Notes under the pieces: model-generated
Databases searched by the model: none
What the model saw: the letters and a program-made list of their open reading frames with translations, nothing else
Told to the model about the DNA's origin: nothing
Shown here: positions 36,460-48,439 of the stretch, one piece after another
Layout of the letters: each line of letters opens with the position of its first letter
Numbering within the stretch: the first letter of the stretch is position 1
DNA from: Lama guanicoe
Taxonomy: Eukaryota
DNA length: 64,000 bases
Direction: 5' to 3'
Assembly: GCA_013239625.1 (NCBI GenBank)
Contig: MU057357.1
Span: forward strand, 8,523,161-8,587,160
Position numbers and translations under genes: made by a program

Positions 36460-37900
36460 TAAGTTAAATCAGATGGAAATAAATTTAATCTTCTCCTTCT
36501 CCCTTTATTATTCTAATTGGTTTAAATTTGTGGCAACTTTTCAGGATTCTCACAACAGAAAGCAACTCATGTTGCATTGGTAGCCCAGAAAGTAATTATC
36601 CTGTGGTTTTATTCTAATACACTAACAGAGATTCTCTTTGACTTTGAGGACCCCTGAGAGTAAAAAAGTAAATAATCAAGATTAGAAAATGCTTCTTTTC
36701 ATACTTTATGCTTTTTTAAAAAAAATTAAAAGCTGTGATAAAATGATTAAGCATGACAACTATCTTTCTTTTTTTAGTTAAAAAAGAAAGTGTGATTTAG
36801 AGTACAATGTAAGACATGAATAAATAGAAGCAAACATTTGAACACAACTGGGTATCTCATTCGCTGACCTTTAACTGGTTTCAAATATTTCTGAATGCAG
36901 TCTTGGTTTTATTCCAGAATTGAGTAAATTAAACTCTTTTTGATTATCCTAACTTGGACATAAAGTCTCCCCAGGGCTTATCCCAAGTTTAGTGTGCTTT
37001 ATGTCTTTGTAGCAGTTTTTTTTATTTTGTTAAAAAAAAAAAAAAGTACAAGGAGCTTCTACCCAGCTTTGATCTCTTTCTAATAAGAAAGACCTTTAGT
37101 ATCCTACTTGCAATTTATTAGAGAAAAGTCAAATTTGTCCTTTTAAGTCGCCAAGCTCTTTTCCTTCTTCCTTTCCCACCTTGCTGCCCACCAAAAAGAA
37201 AGGAAAAATCAGACAAATGTTTTTCAGCTTCTGTACAACCTCATTTTGAAATTTCCAACCCTAGAAGTACTTATAAATTTGCATATAGTCAATCCTGCCC
37301 TCCAAGGAAATATCTGCTGTAGACAGAGGTTGTCCTGTTAAGAAAGGCATCAATTATTGCCCCTTGACACCATTAATTTTAAACAGGCAAGAATGTTCTT
37401 TTCAAAGGTATGAGAAGTAATTTCTCTACCATATTTACATCCCAACCATTGCACCCAAACTTATCTGCAAGATCCTTTGAAAATCCTCAATAAAGTAACA
37501 AAATAGAGACTGGAAAAACTGTCAACAGAAGGAGACGATATTGGGGACAGTCACCCAGGTGCCACAGGTGCCTCGGGCGCCTCTTGCCCCATCCGTCCCT
37601 CTTTGTTCTCAATTTAGTGGTATGGATATGGGGGTAAAAAACTCTCCTCTGTCCCAGGGCTCTGAAGTTTAATCCACCCCTTGTCAGGCAGTGGAGCAAA
37701 CTTTCCCAGCTGTCACCATGAGTCAGTTCACCCGAACAGATGTTGACAGTTTGGTTTACAAAGAAGAGAGCTAGAGGAGGGAGGAGTTGGGGCTGGAGAA
37801 TATGGAAGGGAAGGCAGTGTTGCTCGAGGAGTCTGGCTCTCAAAGGACTCTCCGTGTCTGCAAATTCCATGGCGTCCCTATTTCTAATCTGTCTCTCACT
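36460..37900. promoter_or_regulatory. Candidate conserved non-coding/enhancer block
   Basis: Repeat-free; AT-rich in its first kb; octamer ATTTGCAT 37277-84, TCF CTTTGAT 37067-73, TGACCT 36865-70, AP-1 37719-25, E-boxes 37707 and 37737, TGACAG 37744. Conservation is inferred, not tested. Confidence 0.4.
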
Positions 37901-38121
37901 CTGCACCAGACCATCTATACGCGGTGAACTTTCTGTTGTACAGCTTCAGTTCTCTGCTATCTCATCCTTCTCATCCCCATTCTTCCTTCTTAGTGGTTCC
38001 TCAGGCTTTGAGAAACCTCTGAGGATCATCTTAATACAGTGGTTTATAGATTACACCGAACAGTAAAATATCCTCCAAAGTTTGGGGCCAACAGGGGAAT
38101 GCTGGCTTCTCATTTTCCAGT

Positions 38122-38865
38122 TGTGACTTATAATAATAAACATATATTTGGTCTTTGTCCACATTTCTGGCACAGAGCTCCTAAAATTCTTGAAATTTCC
38201 TGAGAGCCATAATGATGTCTTGTGTTATGTTAATGAGGTGACACTTGGAAAGCCTCTAAGGATGGGGGCTGGTTGCCTGGAGATCCAACCCTGGGATTAG
38301 AGGGTTGGAACTCTTAGTCCCACCCCCTTGGCCTCAGGGGAATTGAAAGAGAGGCTAGAGGTTGAATCAATCACCAGTGGCCAATGGTACACTCAATCAT
38401 GCCTATATAATGAATCCTCCATATAAACCCAAAAGGACAGAGTTCAGAGAGTTTTGAGGTTGGTGAACATGTGTTGATGCAGGGAGAGGGGCTTATGCAC
38501 AGGGAATGGAAGCTCCGAGCCATTTCCCCGTACCTTGCCCTGTGTATCTTTTCCTTCTGTCTGCTCGTGGCATTTTTTATAATAATCCAGTGATCTAGCA
38601 AGTAAAATGCTTCTCTGGGTTCTGAGAGCCACTCTAGTGAATTAACTGAACCTAAGTAAGGAGGGGCCACTGGAACCTCCACGCTTTAGCCCATCAGTCA
38701 GATGCGCTGGCATCTGAGGTAGGGGTAGGGAGTAGGCAGAGGAGAACAGTTTTGTGGGACTGAGCCCATAACCTGTGGGGTCTGATGCTATCTCCAGATC
38801 ATATCAGAATTTGGTTAATTGGTGGTATTGGAAAACCTACCCATACACCAGTGCTAGGTGTAGAA
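38122..38865 (+). mobile_element. ERV solo LTR (MER21-like)
   Basis: 'ttctggcacagagctcctaaaattcttgaaatttcctgag', 'gattagagggttggaact', 'tcaatcaccagtggccaatgg..tcaatcatgcctatataatgaa', 'ttgtgggactgagccc..aacctgtggggtctgatgcta'. Confidence 0.88.
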
Positions 38866-38899
38866 TTTTATGGGTAGAATTGGTACTGTTGGTTAAGTG

Positions 38900-39900
38900 C
38901 TACATCAGTTAAGGAGCTTTCAGAGGGTGAATAATGGAAAACCCAACTCAAATTGGATCCAGCACTAGAGGGATTTATCTTCTCATGTCACTGGAGGAGC
39001 AGAGGGTGGCTTCAGACAAGGTCACATCAGCAGCCTTGCGACATCCTCGAGTTTCCAGGACATTCCCTCACTCCAAGTTACTATACAGGACATCCACACT
39101 TTCCCTCATAGTTGCAAGGGGCCACCAGCGGCAATGGAGACTAAAAGCCTTCACATCCAACAAGAGAAAGAAGAGGAATCTCTGCCCCAGACATGGAATA
39201 TACATCTTCCCATGATCTAATCTGATTAGGCTGATTTGGGTCACTTACATAACCAATAGCTGTCATCAGATTAGACCAGTGGTTTTTAAATTTTTTCCAC
39301 TTGGGACCCCTTGTATTCTAAAAGTGGACACCAGAGAGCTTTTGTTTAGGTGGATTATAGCTATTGAGGAACACTGTATTATAAATTAATACTGGAATTA
39401 TTTTTTATAATTTTTTAAGATTTTAAATTTTTTAATATTTGTCAATTTATTTAAAAACAACAGTAATAAACTCATTACATGTTAACATATTTGTTATTAA
39501 AAATAACTTTTCTTGTTAAAGTTTAGTAAGAAGTATGGCATTGTTCCACATACTTGCAAATCTCTTTAATTTCTAGTTTAATAGAAGACAGCTGGGTTCT
39601 CATATCTGCTTCTGCATTCAATCTGCTGCAATATCACATGACGGTTAGCCTCTGGAAAAATTCCAGTGTATATTCATAAAAGAATGAGAGTGAAAAAGGC
39701 AAATAATGGCTTAGAATAAAAATAGTTTGACCTTCCAGACCCCCTGGAAGGGTCTCATGAACACACTTTGACAATTGCTGGCTTAGATTAATCAGAATTG
39801 CCCTCTGAATCAGGGGATAGGGTGGAAATCAGAACAAAACCAGACTCTTGGAAAAGGGAAGGAGTCTGGGTTCCAGTAGCAATCACCAGTATCTCCAGCA
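38900..39900 (-). mobile_element. Old MaLR LTR (MLT1K/L-like) split by a hAT element
   Basis: 'tcagttaaggagctttcag..gaaaacccaactcaaattgg', 'gattaggctgatttgggtcac..aaccaat'; resumes after 39788. Confidence 0.6.
39277..39780. mobile_element. Non-autonomous hAT-Charlie DNA transposon (Charlie1/MER106-like)
   Basis: Termini cagtggtttttaaa / tttgacaattgctg; internal 'aatagaagacagctgggttctcatatctgcttctgcattcaatctg'; 8-bp TSD gattagac / gcttagat (6/8). Confidence 0.85.
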
Positions 39901-40124
39901 CTGATACTAAAGACATACAAACAGACAAAACCCACTGCCACCTACCATCTCCTACATCTCATTTTTTTAAAAGTATTTTGATATCAATGACATAGGATAA
40001 ACACAATTTCACAATAAAGGGTAGTCATTTTGATTGAATGCATAAAGTTTTATGAAAAACTGACTACCATGAATGGATATGGAGGGAGAGGAGCAAAAAA
40101 AAACATACAGATGGTCTCCAGCCT

Positions 40125-40560
40125 GAATTGTGGGTGAAGAGGATGGTATTCACTGAAACAGAGAACCAGACGGGGAGCAAGTTTGGGGCAGAAATGATGA
40201 ATTCCACTTTGGACATGCTGACTGGGGCCTGGGAGAAAGCCAAGCAGGGAGGTCAGGACTCCATGCAGAGATGGGGGCTGGGGGAGAAGAGCTTAGGTAC
40301 GTGAGTGATAACTGAAGTATTTGTGGTACAGGAGGTCCCCTGGGGAACCATGCAGACAGGAGATGGCAGATGGTCCAGGGAGAACCCGGAGCACCAACCA
40401 TCTTTAAGGGTGGGTAGAAAAGGAAAGACAGGCAGAGGATAAGGAAGAGGATTTGCCAGAAAGCTCCAAAAACATGTTCCAACTCATGGTCTTGAGAGCA
40501 TTCAGTAAAGGGAGAGTCATGGTGAAGCAGATGTGCATAGATGTGTATAGAAGGTTCTAG
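40125..40560 (-). mobile_element. L2 fragment
   Basis: 'ggatggtattcactgaaacagagaa..gagcaagtttgggg..gatgaattccactttggacatgctga'. Confidence 0.75.
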
Positions 40561-41344
40561 AGGGCTGTGAGTGTGGGCACAGAAGCTGATTTGCTGGCAG
40601 CCTTCATGATGAGCCTCTGGCCTCCAGGGCCTGCAGCCTCCAACATCCTCCTATCCAAAAACAAAAACAAGAGACCTGCACTCAGAAGAGAATCTCTAAA
40701 AATATTTTTAATGACTGTATAATACTTCACCCCCATGGATGTGCCATTGTGCAATGGTAAGTGCTCACAATACGTTAGCAAGTGAAAAAACAAAGCAAGA
40801 CACCAAGCAGTATAAGAATGATTCCTCTTTGGGGGTCTACTGGTGCGTTGCGATGAGTGTGGACATCTGTGTAAATGGACCCATGCATGGCTGGATCAAA
40901 GGAGGCTCCAGGGCTGTGCTTGGGCAGGATTTGGCATTTTGGTTCTCCTGAGCGCAGCTGCTTGCTTTGTAAGCTGATGAGATTTTGAGGGGGTGGTGGC
41001 AGGATTTAAGTGCTAGGTGGCTGAGAGGCCAGGAATGAGTTTCCCAGGAAAGACAGAGAAGAGAGAATGGGACAATGTCCACCAGGATTAAAACTTTGCA
41101 GAAAGCTCCCAGACATTTAAAGTGTATGGGGAGAGGTGGAATTTGCTGCATAGTGTGATACAAACCTCTCCATCATTTCCCCAAAAATTCTAGAAAAATC
41201 TACATTACTCAGCAACAATTTAGGAATTGGAATTGGATGGGACCAGGGACTACAAGGATTGACCTTCAGATAGCACAGAACAAGAACCACAAAGGCAGCT
41301 CAGGAAGGCTTAGTTACTTGTGAGTTATAAAGCAATAAGAACAA

Positions 41345-41585
41345 CTATAATAATAATGTTTCTTGAGTACTTATATACCAGGCAATCCTCTAAACACTTT
41401 ACATGTATTGACTCATCAAATCTTCACAACAGCCTTATAGCATAGGCACCATGATTACCCCAATTTTACAGGTGAAGTAACTGAGGCAGAGAAAGGCTAG
41501 TCATTTGTGTAAGAACACAGAGCTAGTAACTGGCTTAGCACCTGGATCAGAGATTTTGCTTTTAGCCTCCACAGTCCAACATGCC
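41345..41585 (-). mobile_element. MIR SINE
   Basis: 'acactttacatgtattgactcatcaaatcttcacaacagcc..ccccaattttacaggtgaagtaactgaggcagaga'. Confidence 0.88.
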
Positions 41586-43739
41586 TCTGAGTAAACTAAG
41601 CAGCATGCCTGTTAGAAACTAGAACAAGACCTCAACCACAGTTGTTTCTGGGTTATAAACAAATGGGGGATTTTTGTTTCCTTATGTATGCATTTTCTAT
41701 GTATTCCAGTTTTTCTCCAGTGATAAGGTATAACTTTTACAGTGACACGAAAATAAGAAAAGGATCTTATTTCACCAATTATATAAATATTAGTTGCAAC
41801 CAATCAGAGCATAAGTGAAACCTCTCCTAGAAGGATTTACATTTTGATGAGTAGCAAATTCTTAAATGGAAGGGAGAGCTTTCTTATCAGCCAGCAGGCT
41901 GGGAACTGTTAGAAGGAGGGGGAAATTTCTCAGACTCTGAAGTCATCTCACTGCTCACCAGTGCCTGGACATAACTGTGCTCCCAAGAGCAGCCTCCTGG
42001 AAAGAAGAGAATTGAGGGGGATGGTAATTCCCCCATGTAATCAAACCCTGTCAGGGGGCCACAGCTGTAACTGAATCCTGTATTTGTGTGAGAGAGGAGA
42101 GGGGGGCCAAGTGACCTGCTGAATCAGAAACCTGGCATCTTGGCCTGGCAGCCTGCAGCTTAAAGAACATGTGAGCTCTGACTTGCCCATCTCGATACCC
42201 CCTTAATTTAGCACAGTGTTGCATGGTGAGGCTTAGTAAATTAATTAATTAATAATTATTATGATTTTCATTTTCACAAACAACCTACAAAGAAAGGAAG
42301 AATGAAAACCACCCCCAGGGAGGATGTTTGGGAGGCCTTTTTAACTCTAAAGCATGTGAAACCAAAGCATGGGGTTCCAGGGAGAACCAAGTTGCCTGCC
42401 TGGAGATAGTTCCCATCATGAGAGACTTCGGTCAACTTTGGAGGGGTGAAGAGGTGGAGGGCTGGCCACAGTGACTTTCAATGGCCCTTAGGCCTGGGCA
42501 GAGGCAGCATGCTCTACCTGAGAATCAAACAAGCAAATAACAAAACGCCTCTAGGCCTCGGTTTGAGTCTCAGCTTACAGAGGTTTGGAGAAACTGGGGG
42601 TTCGATGGGACTGCAGGGATTTTCTTATCCCCCTCCCCAGCCCACCTGCAGATGCCTCCCACAGTCTCGCCATCTGGCGACACTCCAACCTCCATATAAC
42701 CCCATCTCCCAGTTCCCCAAAGAGCTCATTCTATTAACAGACCCTTGGAAAAATATTAAGCAAACCTCTCTGGGAATATTCATCCTAGGAGGGACAGAAA
42801 TCCTGAATTATCTTAGGACATAGAGCCTGGTTGATATCCAAGCCATAATGTTCATGAGACTCCACTCTGCCATCTCTGGTGACCACCGGGGCTACAGCCT
42901 CTCACAGGAATCACCCAGACCCACCTGCCAGTGCTCTCCAGGAGACTTGATTCATTTCTTCAAGCCGTTATTTTCCAAACAAGACAAATCACAGCTAACG
43001 CTGTGAGCTTGACTAACTCCCTAATCTTTCTTAGGCCCAATCTGGAAAATTTCCTCATCTGGAAAATGAGAAAATCAGATCAGCTGATCTCTGGCTGAAA
43101 TCAGATCTAAGGCTAACGCCATGAGCCTGTGATTAGTCTTGCCAGTAATGTGGCAAGACGAGGGAGAGAGGGTACTCAGGATTTACGTGGGAGTCAAACC
43201 TGAGTGCCAGGTAGAAGCAGCCTGGGCAATTAGCAAAGGCTGAAAGTGAGAAAAGTGGGCGTATTTGTACTTGAGAGCTGGATGCCTGCCCAAGGCTCTA
43301 GGTACACAGAGTCTCAAGCCAGGGTTTCAAGCCACCGGAGGAGACGGCCCCACTTGTACAACAGCTGCCATGCTAAGGGAAAGGGTACCCAGAGCTCCTA
43401 TTCAAACTACACCTTCAGAAAGCACACCCACCTGACACAGCTCTGGGCCCTCGAGGCGTTTAGGGAAGCAGGGTCTATTCCAGGTGAGGCTTCCAAAACT
43501 TCTAAGCAGGGTTTGGGAAACCACTGGACAGATCATAACCGAGGAAGGAAGAATGAGGCGTATAAGGGGTAAGATAGCAGGGAAAGCAGGCAAGAGTAAG
43601 AGTTTATATACATCCAGAGTCACAGCCCAGAGGATGCCAACCCCTTACTGAGGAAGGATGGAGGTGGCATCAACATGCACCCACCATGTTCCTCAGCCAG
43701 GTGCTGGCACAGCGCCAGGGAAGGCAGGGTGTTGCCTTG

Positions 43740-44005
43740 GAGAGCACGGGCTCTGGACGAAAGTGCCTGGTTCCATCCCACCCCTGGATCCACAGCTGTA
43801 TTACTTAGATTCAATAACTGGCCTTTCTAAGCTCAGTTTCCGCATCTGCATGATGAGGACAATGATAATCTGTATGATGGGGAGACTGGTAACTACCTCA
43901 TAAGGTTCTCATGAGGGTTAGGGAAGATGATTAAGTAGCACTCAGGGACGTGTCCAGAACCTAAGGCACATTCCGTAGTGTTAGCAGTAGCTGTTGTGGT
44001 TGTTA
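43740..44005 (+). mobile_element. MIR SINE
   Basis: 'agagcacgggctctgga', 'ctcagtttccgcatctgcatgatgaggacaatgataa', 'ctacctcataaggttctcatgagggtta'. Confidence 0.82.
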
Positions 44006-44414
44006 ACTTTTCATTAGACTAGCCCCCTCCCAAAAACGGAGCTATTGCTCATTCCTGAAGTTCTTAAGTTTGGAGGAGATGACAGAAGGGAAGAGGCAGG
44101 AAGGAAAAATCATCCCCTCAGGGATGGGGTCCTTTTTCTCTCTGCCCTCCACACCCAGCTATGCCCCCCACCTCGCCCCTCACTCCCACAGCTCCCAGCC
44201 AGGAGGGCAGCAGAGAGGCAGCCGTGGACCAACCAGTGACACAGAACTCCAGCTTGGTTCTGCTTGACCTCACAGGTTGCAGTCAGGGGCCTAAGGGACA
44301 GAGGTGAGCAAGTGGGTCACAGTGCTCAGTGAAGAGATGGGAGAAGAAATATCTTACAGTGATGCAAACAGGAAGAAATGGGAAAATCAGTGGCCAAAGC
44401 CCAGTTGGGAAAGT

Positions 44415-44625
44415 CTGGCTGTCAGATAAAATATAAGATGCCCAGTGAAATGTGAATTTCAGATAAACAAGGAATCATTTTACAATACAAGTAGGTCCAA
44501 ATATTACATGAGGCATACTTATACTAAAACAAACAACAAAAAAACAAACAAAAAAAACTGTTGTTTATCTAAAATTCAAACTTAACCAGACATCTTGTGT
44601 TTTTATTTGTTAAATCTAGCAGCCT
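44415..44625. mobile_element. MER53 palindromic hAT MITE
   Basis: Arms 'cagataaaatataagatgcccagtgaaatgtgaatttcagataaacaa' and 'ttgtttatctaaaattcaaacttaaccagacatcttgtgtttttatttgttaaatctagcagcct'; centre 'gcatacttatactaaaa'. Confidence 0.9.
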
Positions 44626-45149
44626 TGGCCGGAAGCACCATGACAGCAGGCTGGAGAGGGTGCTGTGGGGTTGGGAGAGGGGAGCTGGACTCAGCCTGGG
44701 AGGGGAGGAGGAAGAGCAAGGTCAGGCCAAGGGCACAGGGGGAGTGGATGAAGAACCCAATGCTTGGGCTGTGAAAGATGACAGAGGCCCCCTGGGTGAA
44801 GGGAAAAGAGCCTGGAAGAGAACAGCAAGTTCTGAGAACTAGTGCCATCCAGTGTCACCCAGTGTAGCACGAAGCGAGGAAAGCAGGGCCCAGGCACCCA
44901 CCTTAGGAGATGACTTATATTTGGAACATGTATTTGTGGAACAATTTCAGCATCTCCAATGTGCCCGGCTCTCTTCCTGAGATACAGAACTGAACAGACA
45001 GACAAGCTCACCGCACTCATGGTGTCTCTTATGTTCCAGCAGGAAATGAGGGCATTTTGGACAATAAACAAGTAAACAAGGTGAAGAGAACCGGTGACAG
45101 TCAGATCTAACCCCTACTCCTATGTTTACCTGGATAACTACGATACACC

Positions 45150-45380
45150 TCTTGATTCTATCTGGATGTTATCCCCTTGAGCAAGCCTTTCCTGAAGCCT
45201 TTCCCTGGAATTAGGACCCTCCCTGGTCCTCCTTGCACACCATGCAGAATAGAGTGTTTATTTCTCTATGCCACACACTAAACTGTAGGTCCTTAAGGAA
45301 AGGGCCTGCTATTAAGTCCCGAGTATTCAGCGTGGTGATTGGTACCCAGTACAAGCTAAAAAATACTCTGTTGGAGAAAT
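45150..45380 (+). mobile_element. L2 3' terminus
   Basis: 'cacactaaactgtaggtccttaaggaaagggcctg'. Confidence 0.6.
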
Positions 45381-47702
45381 ATATGGGTTTTGTGTATAAG
45401 GCATGGCTATGCACATCCTGATGAAGAAGCCTAATCCAAGTGGATTTATGGATCTAAAATAGAAAAAGGATCAGGAGCTTAAAATCAGATTTTTTAATTC
45501 TAATATATGGATATTATGTTAGGGCCATGAGTGTGAAAATTCCTGTCCAAGAAAAGTACATGCATTATGAAGTGAGATGAGTGTCTCTGGTTAGGAGCAA
45601 ACAGAATTAACACTGGAAGACTTGAAGAAAAACAAATGAACAAGCAACAAGCTGAACCACCCGCACAAACAAAAACAGCTCACCTGGGGTTTGGGGATTA
45701 CTTTGGGGGCTGCCATAGGCAGCTCACAAGATCAGAGGAAAGGCTGGTAGCCAGGTCTAGAAAGCCTGGATCCAGAGTAGGTCAGGTCATCCGTGGGCAG
45801 GAAGAAAGCCCAGTGTGGGGAATGGGCCCCACCAGCAGGGCTCATCCTGTTTACTCATCTCAAGGAAGTCCCAGGAGAGAAAATCCACTGCATAGCCTGG
45901 GGCATGGACCTACCTCCTAGAGCAGGACAGGACGTTATTGAGACCAACACTGCACCTATGGGTAATTCCACCCTGTGGAATTAGGGTGGCATTTTAGAAA
46001 ACAAGATAAAATAGATGCTAAACAGTCAATACACAGTGTCTCTATAATCATGAAGGTTTACCGAACTGTCAGAATGGAAATCCCTGGGACAAGCAGCCCA
46101 GGGGCACCATGACACCTCCTTCTCTGGTCATTTCTAAGGAAAGTCATATACAATCATATACAAAGTCATATACAATCCCTCCTGAGATTATCTGAATGGA
46201 GCATTGCCTGGAAATGGAAGAATAAGCAAAGTAGCATCTTCAGTTGTTTCCAGATCTACAAGAATCAAAGTTTCAGGACAACCAAGGGAGCCTGAAAGGT
46301 TTAATAGTGTCCATCAGTGTCATCTTTTCTATGTGAGAGAGTACAGAATCATGCTGTTTCATTTCTGTTGTGGAGATAAGGGCTGGGGGCAGAGCGGGAC
46401 AGAATGGGGTGAGCTGTTGGAATAACCAACCTGAGGTTGGATGGGTAGTGTCTAAATTTATGTGTAGATGTGCCTTCAATGTTGCAGTTGTTTACATCAA
46501 GATAGACATCTAGATGTGTTGATATGCTGCAGGCAAGTTGCCCTCCCTGTTGGAGCACCTGGGGTTTACAGGTTTAGAAGAAGCCTCCCCATGCAAAAGC
46601 AACTGTCAAGAATGATGGATGCTGAAATCTCAGGTTGGAGGAAGGCGTGAACAAGAGGCCTGAGCCCTGGGAACCTGTTGGAACTTAATTCCATTCTCTT
46701 TATCTTTGACTATCAAGGACTGATGATTGGTGATCCTTTCAAGTTGCCTAGAGGACATCGGAGCCAAGGCACCAAAAGAGTGATTAGAGGGGTTGTAGGG
46801 ACAGCTGAAGAATTATTTGTGGGGAGCGGGCATAGAGGGAGAAAGAGAAAGAAGCAGAGTGGTAATGGGAGAGGGAGGTGATGGGGCAGAGACCCAGTGT
46901 GGGATACCAAGAGGTGACTTTTACATGTCGATAAGAAACTAGGATGATTTTCCTTTGAAACTGTTGTTTTGGACAAGAAATTCTACTCTCTAGCTCTAAT
47001 ACCAGTTTCCTTTCTTCCAATTTTTAATGCTCAAGAGTCTTTTCACGTCCTTTCTAAACTGCCCCACCCAACTTCTTTTTCTTCCCACTTCCCATTCCTC
47101 TCTTTCCTATTTTAAATTTGGGAAAGACTTGCATATTAAACCTTCAGGATAGTAAAGGCCACACACACTGTCCCCAAGTTTTAAAATAAATAAAAGCAAT
47201 CCTTTTCATGTATATTGTCCTGACCAGATGGAAAAACATTTTCACTTGTGTAATCTCATCCAACTGTCACATCAGCCCTGGCATTACTGGTCTTCAAAGG
47301 TAAGAAAACAGTAATAGAGAAATATGGTTATGTGTTCAAGATGATGTTAACTGGCAAGGAATCAAGTGGAGAGGTTAATCCCAATCTTTTTTTTTTTTCT
47401 CACTATTAGAAACATCTTTGATCCATGTATGTCTGAACACTACTTACAAGGTTTACAGTGTGGTGGTCACATCCATTCACTGAAATGACGCTGATCTTAA
47501 ATCTGCTTATCAGTAGCTCCCATAGAATCATTGTTTCCCCAACTTTATTGAGGTATGATTGAAAAATTAAAATGGCATATATTTAAGACGTACAGTGTGG
47601 TGTTTTGATAGAAGACGACATTGTATAATGATTACCACAATCAAGCTATTGGACATATCCATCCCTTCACATAGTTGTCATTTGTGTGTGTGTGGTGGCG
47701 AT

Positions 47703-47867
47703 NNNNNNNNNNNNNNNNNNNNNNNNNNNNNNNNNNNNNNNNNNNNNNNNNNNNNNNNNNNNNNNNNNNNNNNNNNNNNNNNNNNNNNNNNNNNNNNNNN
47801 NNNNNNNNNNNNNNNNNNNNNNNNNNNNNNNNNNNNNNNNNNNNNNNNNNNNNNNNNNNNNNNNNNN
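47703..47867. other. N-run (165 nt)
   Basis: Ns inside L1MA. Confidence 1.
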
Positions 47868-48010
47868 CTGGGGACCACCTTTCTACTCTCTATTTGTCTA
47901 GTTCTACATTTTTAGATTCCACATATAAGTGATACTATGCAATATTTGTCTTTCTAGTTCTGGCTTATTTCACTTAGCATAACGTTCTTTAAGTTCATCT
48001 ACATTATAGC

Positions 48011-48183
48011 NNNNNNNNNNNNNNNNNNNNNNNNNNNNNNNNNNNNNNNNNNNNNNNNNNNNNNNNNNNNNNNNNNNNNNNNNNNNNNNNNNNNNNNNNN
48101 NNNNNNNNNNNNNNNNNNNNNNNNNNNNNNNNNNNNNNNNNNNNNNNNNNNNNNNNNNNNNNNNNNNNNNNNNNNNNNNNNNN
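48011..48183. other. N-run (173 nt)
   Basis: Ns inside L1MA. Confidence 1.
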
Positions 48184-48439
48184 TCCACATTTGTCTGTTG
48201 TGAACAATGCTACATTGAACATGGGAGTGCAGATATCTCTTCAACATACTGGTTTCATTCCTTTGAATATACACCCAGAAGGGTAAAATTCAGAGTTCTT
48301 TCCATAACTCCACACTACCTGAAACCTATGCTTTTCTCTACTCACCAGAAGCATGATTTTCTCTGGACAAGAGGGAGGGAGGAGAAAACAGCAAGGCTAC
48401 TTCTTGGGATGGGAGCCCATTTCAGGTGCTTGTCTGGTG

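Larger units (their letters stand above)
47537..48282 (-). mobile_element. L1 (L1MA-type) 3' fragment containing two N-runs
   Basis: 'actttattgaggtatgattga', 'gattaccacaatcaagcta', 'ttagattccacatataagtga', 'gaacatgggagtgcagatatctcttcaacatactggtttcattcctttgaatatacacccagaag'. Confidence 0.9.

Noticed and set aside
37487-37906. 139-aa minus-strand ORF as a possible last coding exon upstream of a 3' UTR-like AT-rich block
   Set aside because: No similarity to any protein I recognise, non-ATG start, no strong acceptor.
43077-43090. Perfect 14-bp palindrome agatcagctgatct
   Set aside because: About 4 expected by chance in 64 kb; lies at the edge of a MIR fragment.
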